Shown here: piece by piece, positions 54,654 to 62,024 of the stretch
Position numbering within the stretch: position 1 is the stretch's first letter
Layout: each line of letters begins with the position of its first letter
Source of the DNA: a virus
Taxonomy: Duplodnaviria > Caudoviricetes
Virus record (IMG/VR): IMGVR_UViG_3300030433_001577
Location: 389-64,388 of that record
DNA length: 64,000 nucleotides
Strand: one strand, 5' to 3'
Program-made: the position numbers and the translations under genes
The notes under the pieces: model-generated
Told to the model about the DNA's origin: nothing
Database searches by the model: none
The model's input: only the letters and a program-made list of their open reading frames with translations

Positions 54654-55728
54654 CCAAATAATAAATAACTCTTTTCTTAAGTTTTAGAATCTTATCAACA
54701 TCAGCCTTATAGGTATCATATTTACTCTTCAAGTCCATACCATTTGTAGAATCGTTGCCCAACAGGACATATGAATCGTCGGAGGCAATTAACTCACAAG
54801 CCACTAATTTAGTAGCCGCATCTTCAATAACTGCGGGAACTCTTTGATTACCATAGGTGTATGTAACCTTAATTGAATGCTTTCTTCTAATTGGGTAATC
54901 AGACCTAAAGAAAATATCTCCAGTATCTCGCATATCCCACCAATCTTGGTTTCTGTCATATTCTTCCTTATCAGTAAAATCTGTTTTGCTAATACCAGAA
55001 CCACTAACTGCAATTGTGCAATTTTGTCCATCAGAACCTGGCAATAAAGACACAATTGTTACTGTTTCATCTTCTTCCAAATTAGCATAAAAGAAATCCG
55101 AAATATTACTTCCGCTAGAAGATAGTGATTTGTTAGTAGTAGCACCCGTAAATGGTGCAGTAATGCTAGGTGGCTGTTCGTTAATCAAATAACACAATTC
55201 CATAGCAGTAGTTCTTTTACCAAAAGTTTTGTTAAACTCCCCCGTTCCCGTTCCTGCTGTTAATGTCCACGTTGTTCCACCTGCCGTCAAAGTTACACTT
55301 GTTACGTTAGTGTAATCGCTAATTGTAACTGTGGCTACGGCTGATGCTAGGTCTTTGTAATTGTTTCCCTCCCATGTAGCAATACGGATAATCTTCCTAA
55401 TATTCTCATTTTCTAGTCTAATTTTACCCACATAGTCAGAATAATAACTTCTCCACTTGTCGTCAAAATCAAAGTCATGGAATTCATTTTCTACCAAATT
55501 TTCTCTCCATGATGAGTTTGTAGTTTCGTCAATTAAATCTTCTGCTCTCCTAATTAAATCTCCAACCTCTTCTAATGTAGGAGAAGTAGCCGAGCCTGAA
55601 CTAGCGGAAATAAAATCAGCAATACCCAATAGTGCGGCTACTTTAACAGCAGTAGTATAACTGCCCACACCACCATCATAATCCACGACACTAAGAGAAA
55701 TGTCGGATGGGGTTACTATCTTTACCAT
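54643..55728 (-). CDS. Head-tail adaptor/connector with inserted domain
   Basis: LIRRAEDLIDETT...IKVTYTYG...VPAVIEDAATKLVA. Confidence 0.75.
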   Translation of the reverse strand: MVKIVTPSDISLSVVDYDGGVGSYTTAVKVAALLGIADFISASSGSATSPTLEEVGDLIRRAEDLIDETTNSSWRENLVENEFHDFDFDDKWRSYYSDYVGKIRLENENIRKIIRIATWEGNNYKDLASAVATVTISDYTNVTSVTLTAGGTTWTLTAGTGTGEFNKTFGKRTTAMELCYLINEQPPSITAPFTGATTNKSLSSSGSNISDFFYANLEEDETVTIVSLLPGSDGQNCTIAVSGSGISKTDFTDKEEYDRNQDWWDMRDTGDIFFRSDYPIRRKHSIKVTYTYGNQRVPAVIEDAATKLVACELIASDDSYVLLGNDSTNGMDLKSKYDTYKADVDKILKLKKRVIYYLDGD

Positions 55729-55753
55729 GTTTATTACTCCTATTACTTATTTA

Positions 55754-58411
55754 TTACTTTATCGCATTACCAACTGTATTTACAGCCTTTCTAATATCTT
55801 CTAGAGTATTTAGTAGACTTCTACCAATCATCGTTTCTAGGTTAGGATTAATTCTTTTATCACCCAATGGTGTTATACCATATTGTGTGCTTCCTTTACC
55901 GTAATTAATTGACCTCTTTGTTAATTGTGGTCTAACATTACCTTCCACATTGTATTCTGTTTCTATCATTATTTTACCATATGGGTTTATTTGCCCTTCC
56001 ATGTTTAATAAATTAGCCTCAATTTCAACTGTTAGTTTTCCAAATTTAGTTACATCGCTAAGAGCAGTTCCAGAAAATGCTTCGGCAATCGCCTTCATAA
56101 TTACATTATAATGCTCCCCGTCACCATATATGTCCTGCATAACCTTTTGTGTTTGTTCTATATTTATTTTTGGCAATAGTGCCTTAATCGAAGATACAAC
56201 AGCGGGGGTTAGATTTTGATAGTCATATCTTTTTAGTGAATCAGCGACTTGTCTTGTTATGCCCAATTTGTTAGTATCAGACTCAACCATTCCATCAATC
56301 ATACGGAAAACTTCTTCATTTGAAGGAGGTTCTACATAGTCAGGACTTCTCAATTCCTTCATAATTATTGTTTCCATAACATTTTCAAACAATGCGTAGA
56401 CTTCAGGTAAATCATTATCCTGTGCCAACATTTCTCTTCTAGTTTTTTTAGCCGCCTCTAAATCTTTACCAGAAAGTCCTTCATAACTTCCCGTTGCAGA
56501 TTCGTAGACCTTTTCCATTTCAGTCAGTTTGGTGTTCATATCATAGAGAAGTTCGCTCAGGCTATCGCTAATATCTTCTAAATTTTCGTCAAAGGCATAC
56601 TTTTTCATCTTAGGAATAAATTGATTCTCGTCTTCCAAAACGTCATCTATTTCGTTCAAAAATTCAATAACAGGTTCATATTTATCTTCAACATCACTTG
56701 GGGATAAAACCAAACCTTGATAACTTTCAATATCAACATTAAAAGCACTTAGCGTTTCCTCAGACAATTCTTGGGTTTGTTCATCGGTAGTGTCCAAAAC
56801 TCTTTGTTCTTCAAATTGTTCTAATTCTGAAACTACATCATCTACTGTTAGTGCTTTAATCAAACCGTATAATTTATACATATTAAGATGAACATTGTTT
56901 GCATTTAGTCTAGAAAACATAGTCTTCATTTGCTTTCTAAAATCATCATCGGTATTTTTAATTATTTCTTCAAATCTTACCCTTAAACTTCTAGAATCAT
57001 CCCGTATCTTCTTACCTTCCTTGCCCAAATTAATTGTCTTTCTATCTTTTAGAACCTGCTTTCTTCTTTCAGCAGTTCTAATAACAGATTCACCAAACTT
57101 AACTGTATAGGGTTTAAAATCAGGTATTTCAATTTTTACTTTCTTTGAAAAATCCCTTTCAGGAATTTTATCTTTAAGGTATTGTGTAAGGTCCATCTCA
57201 TTGAGATAGACAGACTCCATAGTTTGAGCCGCACCCGTTTCTTCCATTTTAGCAGGTGTAACCATTTCTCTTTCAGTAGCCGTTTCTACAATCTGTTCTA
57301 TGCTTTCGTCAAACTCTGATTGCATTTGTCTAAATGAAGGAACACTATCAAACCAATTCTTTTTAATGAAGTCAGCATATCCTTCAATGGCGTTGTTCAT
57401 CAAATTCTTAGCCTTTCTTTTAAAGGCAGGGCCGTATGTGGTATTAGCACTAACTTCAACCAAAATCCTTATCAATTCGTTAAATTCTTCATCGTCTAAT
57501 TCATTTAAATCTAAAACGAATTGAGAACCATCATTACCTTGAAATATTTCACTATCAACATTTCTTAGTAAAACCCTAGCCTCATTTTCAGTAAATCTCA
57601 AAGAGTCAATGGTTCTATAAGTGTTAGGACTTTGACCGTATTCAAATTCAAAGTCTTGACTGAATATGCCACTAATGTAACTATCAATTGCGTTAGAAAC
57701 TAGCAACTCCATACCGACAACCATAGCCTCGATATTTACCTTTTCGTTTTCCTTAATATACTCACTAATTTTATTGCCCAATTCACTTCCCAATACTTCC
57801 CCACTAGCACCTTTTACCTGCTTTTTAGCAAAGGAAATAGGCAACAATTGTCCAAAGTATTCTTGAAAGTCTTCATCATACACATCAAAAAATGTAATAA
57901 AATCTAGATTAGTCTTTTTCTCATCCAACAAATCTCCAACCTTAAAGGCCATAATTTTATCATAGGAGGCCGACTCAACCTTAAACGGTTCACCATCAAC
58001 CTCTTTCATTGTAAAGACCATTTTATCATGTTCTTGTGCAAAGTCCAAATGCTTTTGCAAATTAGCAACCGATTCTTCATCAAAATATTCCTGTATAAAA
58101 GATACAAGAGATTGGTCTTTTAGTTTTTCTAAGGCATTTGTGTTAATAGAATCAAATTCGGCATCATCATAACCACCCACTCGATGATTTCTGGTCAAAA
58201 ATGTAACCATATTTTTTAATTTAAATGGCGTTAGAGCATCATCAATTCTTTTCTTCAAACTCTTATTAACCTTAGAAGCCTTATACATAACGTATGCTAC
58301 AATGGCCTCTTCTGAAAAACCCGCATTCCAATCCTTTCTAGTAACAATGTCGCCACTACCTGCTTTAAGGTCATCGGGCTTAATGTAGCCAAATTCTGGT
58401 ATGGTTGTCAT
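55754..58411 (-). CDS. Large acidic hypothetical protein in head/neck region (885 aa)
   Basis: ORF track; helical, E/D-rich. Confidence 0.75.
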   Translation of the reverse strand: MTTIPEFGYIKPDDLKAGSGDIVTRKDWNAGFSEEAIVAYVMYKASKVNKSLKKRIDDALTPFKLKNMVTFLTRNHRVGGYDDAEFDSINTNALEKLKDQSLVSFIQEYFDEESVANLQKHLDFAQEHDKMVFTMKEVDGEPFKVESASYDKIMAFKVGDLLDEKKTNLDFITFFDVYDEDFQEYFGQLLPISFAKKQVKGASGEVLGSELGNKISEYIKENEKVNIEAMVVGMELLVSNAIDSYISGIFSQDFEFEYGQSPNTYRTIDSLRFTENEARVLLRNVDSEIFQGNDGSQFVLDLNELDDEEFNELIRILVEVSANTTYGPAFKRKAKNLMNNAIEGYADFIKKNWFDSVPSFRQMQSEFDESIEQIVETATEREMVTPAKMEETGAAQTMESVYLNEMDLTQYLKDKIPERDFSKKVKIEIPDFKPYTVKFGESVIRTAERRKQVLKDRKTINLGKEGKKIRDDSRSLRVRFEEIIKNTDDDFRKQMKTMFSRLNANNVHLNMYKLYGLIKALTVDDVVSELEQFEEQRVLDTTDEQTQELSEETLSAFNVDIESYQGLVLSPSDVEDKYEPVIEFLNEIDDVLEDENQFIPKMKKYAFDENLEDISDSLSELLYDMNTKLTEMEKVYESATGSYEGLSGKDLEAAKKTRREMLAQDNDLPEVYALFENVMETIIMKELRSPDYVEPPSNEEVFRMIDGMVESDTNKLGITRQVADSLKRYDYQNLTPAVVSSIKALLPKINIEQTQKVMQDIYGDGEHYNVIMKAIAEAFSGTALSDVTKFGKLTVEIEANLLNMEGQINPYGKIMIETEYNVEGNVRPQLTKRSINYGKGSTQYGITPLGDKRINPNLETMIGRSLLNTLEDIRKAVNTVGNAIK

Positions 58412-58422
58412 TCTTTAGCCCC

Positions 58423-58896
58423 CTAATTAGTAAGGGCAAAGATTTCAAGTGTGGTAAAGTTATCAGCAATAATCTTAATACCATTTCTACAAATAATGTC
58501 AAGACCTCTAATTACATCGGAGGTATCTGCGGCTATTTTGAATTTAGCAATTTGATTTGTAGCATCAATAAAAGTTAGCAAACCTGCCACTACGTTTCCT
58601 CCTGTTGTAGATGCACTTAATTCAAAGGTCGTTGCATCTGTAATTGAAGAAATTGTAGCACCATCAGGAATACCTGTCCCTGTAACAAACATACCAACAG
58701 CCAATCCCGTAGTATCAACAGTAGTAATTGTTGGGTCGTTGTTATAATTACATGGCACAGTTACATCAGCAACCGTATTATCAAATACGTTAATTACTGA
58801 GGCTGTTCCACCATTGTAATAAATTAGTCCGTCAAAGTTTCCACCCGTAGTAGATAGAATTGTGTTCGCTGTTATTTCTGTTGAATTCATAGGCAT
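58423..58896 (-). CDS. Putative virion decoration protein
   Basis: T/G-rich beta protein with inserted TTGLAVGMFVTGTGIPDGATI module. Confidence 0.55.
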   Translation of the reverse strand: MPMNSTEITANTILSTTGGNFDGLIYYNGGTASVINVFDNTVADVTVPCNYNNDPTITTVDTTGLAVGMFVTGTGIPDGATISSITDATTFELSASTTGGNVVAGLLTFIDATNQIAKFKIAADTSDVIRGLDIICRNGIKIIADNFTTLEIFALTN

Positions 58897-58909
58897 ATTA
58901 TCATCTCCT

Positions 58910-58922
58910 TAGTTATACGCAA
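58910..58922 (-). promoter_or_regulatory. 13-bp motif TTGCGTATAACTA upstream of RBS
   Basis: Identical to 45618..45630. Confidence 0.5.
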
Positions 58923-58942
58923 AGATAGGTAAGTAATAAAAC

Positions 58943-59254
58943 TTACTCTTCTTCACTTAATAGGCCAACAAGGTCAGACTTGTTTTGCGACAATTTGAAT
59001 GGGATTCCCAAAGAGCGCAAATGTTCTTGCAATTCTCTCTTTGTCATACTATCTAAGTCGGGGAGTGGAGAGGCTGTATCATCGGAAACTTCCTCAACAA
59101 CCTCTTCCACTTCCTCCACAGTTTCTTCCAAAATGGTAAAACCGTTTCTTAGAAAAATACCACGCATTTCTTCATCAGCATCAAATTCTTGATTACCGAG
59201 ATATGACCTGCCGAGAACAATTTTTGTTCCTCCCGTAGTATTTTTTACTCTCAC
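58943..59254 (-). CDS. Protein with C-terminal HeH/SAP (Rho-N-like) domain
   Basis: LDSMTKRELQEHLRSLGIP...NKSDLVGLL. Confidence 0.65.
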   Translation of the reverse strand: MRVKNTTGGTKIVLGRSYLGNQEFDADEEMRGIFLRNGFTILEETVEEVEEVVEEVSDDTASPLPDLDSMTKRELQEHLRSLGIPFKLSQNKSDLVGLLSEEE

Positions 59255-59263
59255 TTAATCACC

Positions 59264-59611
59264 TCAAAGCAAACCATATAGTCTAACTCTTACTGTTGTA
59301 TCAGTAATATCGCCCTCAGCCGCAGCATTTGTTCCATCCATAGCGGTAAAAAGCAATTTAAAAGTGCTAGAACTAGCATATGCTCCCGATGCTGATACTT
59401 GAACATCTACGTCATAAGTAGCGGGTAGTGAATTACCCGTCAAAACTACTTGACTAATAGATGATAGTCCAAAATCAGATGCGTTAATTACTTCTCCACC
59501 TGCTGTTACTACTGTTACTGTTACATAAGCGTCAGAATAATATTCATGTCCAACAACCTTAGGTCCAGAAAAACCTGCATGGTCATTTAATTGTGTTACT
59601 GTATGTGCCAA
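59264..59611 (-). CDS. Putative capsid cement/decoration protein
   Basis: Beta-rich, directly after MCP; GAGGTGA RBS. Confidence 0.55.
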   Translation of the reverse strand: MAHTVTQLNDHAGFSGPKVVGHEYYSDAYVTVTVVTAGGEVINASDFGLSSISQVVLTGNSLPATYDVDVQVSASGAYASSSTFKLLFTAMDGTNAAAEGDITDTTVRVRLYGLL

Positions 59612-59621
59612 TTAAATCACC

Positions 59622-60842
59622 TCATTGAAGGTCAATAATCTTTCCTTGTCCTCTAAAGTATGTGCAGACAGTTTCAGCAACGGTTCTGTAAAGTCCTCGA
59701 TGACCCAACTTACCGTGTCCGAAAACATCAGCATTAATTCCACCTTCAAAGTATTCAGTAGGCTTTAGTGTGCAAAGGAACAAATGGTCAGTATCTAGAA
59801 TTAGCATATCTGAAAGACCTGCTCCACCATTCGGCATATCCTTAACTGGGATAATAGGAATGTCGTGATAAGTAGCAACACGGAAACCAACCTCTCGGCC
59901 AGAAACACCCTTAATTCCTGAATGGGAAGGAACAACTTCTGTTCGACCCATGAATCTTTCTTGTGCTTGTAGCAATTCGCCCAAAGTCTGAATAGTATCA
60001 TATCCTGTTAGAATAACCTTAGGGTCTCCGCCTCTTGCCATGAGGTTTCTCAAAGCAGTATTTAGGAGATTAACCGTTAGGTTTCTATCAGTTCCTGAGT
60101 TAGAATCAACGTAAGACTCAAGGTATTCTGTTCCCGAAGATGCTCTTGTTTGTCCATACAAATCATTCTTGTTTGCGTAATTGGACATTGCGTTAGTTTC
60201 AGCGTAAGTAGCAATAATCTTATACAAAGGTGTAAGAATATCATCAGCACCACTAAAACCAGAATGGTCAAGACCCTTTCCTGCCGTAGCAGTCAAATCC
60301 TGCAAAACCATCGCATTCATAACTTCAGCGTGAGTAATACCAACTTCTTCACGGTAATTAGCAATAAGGTCGCCAATACCATCGTCAAGACCTGCCATAA
60401 GTTGAGCAATTTCAGAAATCTCAAAAGTATGTGCAATTGTCTTAGGCGTTACATTTAGAGTTGTGTATTCTGGTCGAACATTTGTAATGCTAGAAAGTGC
60501 TGCGTTTTCTGCAACACCGCCCAAATCATCAGCATCAGAAACAGAGAAAGTGTCATCTGCACCGCCAATAGCACGGGACTTTAGCATTCTCCAACCGCTA
60601 GATTTCCACGGCTTCTTAGGAAGCATAGAAAGTGCATTCATTTCACGGTTAATCATTGACCAAACTTTTTGTCCATAAACAATGTTGTAAAGTTCAGTTG
60701 TTTGTGAATCGCCAGATGAACCAGTAGAATAGTGTCTACCCTCAATACCTGTTGTTGCGCCTGTTGCTTTCAAAATGTTGTCGCTTCCAATACCATAGGT
60801 TGCTCGCTCCATATCTCCGATAGTCTTAAAATATCCAGTCAT
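59622..60842 (-). CDS. Major capsid protein (HK97 fold)
   Basis: Follows protease/scaffold; E-loop, TPKTIAH spine, PKVILTG, TYHDIPIIP, LILD. Confidence 0.9.
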   Translation of the reverse strand: MTGYFKTIGDMERATYGIGSDNILKATGATTGIEGRHYSTGSSGDSQTTELYNIVYGQKVWSMINREMNALSMLPKKPWKSSGWRMLKSRAIGGADDTFSVSDADDLGGVAENAALSSITNVRPEYTTLNVTPKTIAHTFEISEIAQLMAGLDDGIGDLIANYREEVGITHAEVMNAMVLQDLTATAGKGLDHSGFSGADDILTPLYKIIATYAETNAMSNYANKNDLYGQTRASSGTEYLESYVDSNSGTDRNLTVNLLNTALRNLMARGGDPKVILTGYDTIQTLGELLQAQERFMGRTEVVPSHSGIKGVSGREVGFRVATYHDIPIIPVKDMPNGGAGLSDMLILDTDHLFLCTLKPTEYFEGGINADVFGHGKLGHRGLYRTVAETVCTYFRGQGKIIDLQ

Positions 60843-60844
60843 GT

Positions 60845-61438
60845 TTAGTTACCCCCCTTCAAACGGGAAAATTCATTGTGTGCTTCTTCCCATGACATAT
60901 TGGCAACGTCGCCAATTGTTACGGTATTAGCCTCTCTTTGTTCTGCCTTTGCAATAACGTCGCTCTCCAAAGATTTCTTTAGTTCGCTTAGTTCATTAGC
61001 AAGAGAACCGATTGCTTCTTGTGCATCAAACTTAGCCTTTTCAGACTCAGCCTTTTCAACACGAAGTTCTTCCTTGTAGCGGTTTTCAAATTGTTCCTTG
61101 ATAACTGCATAGGCTCTCTCTTCTTCCTTTTCGGCTCTAAATGCTTCATATGCCTTTTCGATGTTAGATGGTGATAGGTCTAGGGTTGAGATTTCCTCAG
61201 CCTTTCGACTCATATTATAATCACCCGCTTCATAGTCTTCCATTTCAACGGTCTTTTCATCGTCATCATAATCAGCCTTTGTTTCTTCATCAACATCCTC
61301 CATTTCGAGGGTGTCGGCTTCTTCCTCTCGCATACTATCCATAGATTCGACATCTTCGCCTTCTTCCTTTAGGATAGTTTCCTTAAGTTCTGCCATTACT
61401 TCATTAAACTCGCTTAGTGCTTTTTCAATTTCGCTCAT
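60845..61438 (-). CDS. Putative nested scaffold protein from an internal in-frame start
   Basis: AAGGAGG then ATG at 61438 (MSEIEKAL), in frame (codon 180) right after the protease domain. Confidence 0.55.
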   Translation of the reverse strand: MSEIEKALSEFNEVMAELKETILKEEGEDVESMDSMREEEADTLEMEDVDEETKADYDDDEKTVEMEDYEAGDYNMSRKAEEISTLDLSPSNIEKAYEAFRAEKEEERAYAVIKEQFENRYKEELRVEKAESEKAKFDAQEAIGSLANELSELKKSLESDVIAKAEQREANTVTIGDVANMSWEEAHNEFSRLKGGN

Positions 61439-61975
61439 ATTTTTGTCCTCCTTTACAATATTAAATTTGGCTTCAGGGTTAATCCCTTCTTCACAAATGG
61501 TAATCTCATGCAATTCAAGTTTATCAATTTCTTTATATGTTCCCGCATCGGAATCATATTTATTGGTCTTGTTAATTGCTTGACCACCAATTGAGAAAGA
61601 ACGAAGTTTACCACGACGAATATCCCTCGCAACATCTTTCGCTTTCTCAATATCATTTCTTAATTTTATCACTACAAAAAACCCTGTATCATCAACGCCT
61701 GTTTTTAGGACTTTACCATTGGAATCTGTATATTGGTCTACTACTTCTCCGACCTGAACATTAGAATGTGTAATCATCACATTTCTATATCTATCTTGCT
61801 TCATGAATTTATCAGCCGCTTCCTTAATTGCGCCCAATGTAATCTTATCATTTTGCTTATCTACAACATCTACTGATGCGTAACCTGCAATTACTGTGTC
61901 TTTATCCTCCTTGAGAATAACAAGTTCTCCCCCACTATGTAAGTCATCTCCAAACATAGGTGTCCTTAACTGCAT
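60845..61975 (-). CDS. Prohead protease fused to scaffold
   Basis: IAGYASVDVVDKQND...HSNVQVG...SFSIGG...HEITIC...NPEA then acidic coiled coil. Confidence 0.9.
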   Translation of the reverse strand: MQLRTPMFGDDLHSGGELVILKEDKDTVIAGYASVDVVDKQNDKITLGAIKEAADKFMKQDRYRNVMITHSNVQVGEVVDQYTDSNGKVLKTGVDDTGFFVVIKLRNDIEKAKDVARDIRRGKLRSFSIGGQAINKTNKYDSDAGTYKEIDKLELHEITICEEGINPEAKFNIVKEDKNMSEIEKALSEFNEVMAELKETILKEEGEDVESMDSMREEEADTLEMEDVDEETKADYDDDEKTVEMEDYEAGDYNMSRKAEEISTLDLSPSNIEKAYEAFRAEKEEERAYAVIKEQFENRYKEELRVEKAESEKAKFDAQEAIGSLANELSELKKSLESDVIAKAEQREANTVTIGDVANMSWEEAHNEFSRLKGGN

Positions 61976-61992
61976 GATATTATATTTGTATG

Positions 61993-62008
61993 TTCGACTA
62001 TATTAACC
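61993..62008 (-). promoter_or_regulatory. Putative late promoter TTAATATA-GTCGAA (leaderless spacing)
   Basis: TATA-like box at about -31..-24 from ATG 61975; no SD; core shared with 31672..31686. Confidence 0.5.
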
Positions 62009-62024
62009 TTTCTTGAAAAATGGG

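Noticed and set aside
55731-55758. Triple TTATTACT repeat before the adaptor gene
   Set aside because: Short, AT-rich and partly formed by the stop codon and RBS; not distinguishable from chance.
33908-58896. Short beta modules (e.g. TTGLAVGMFVTG, HNLQVGQVI) that pipelines may label 'ubiquitin-activating enzyme FCCH'
   Set aside because: These are common phage structural insertions, unrelated to the Ubl system.
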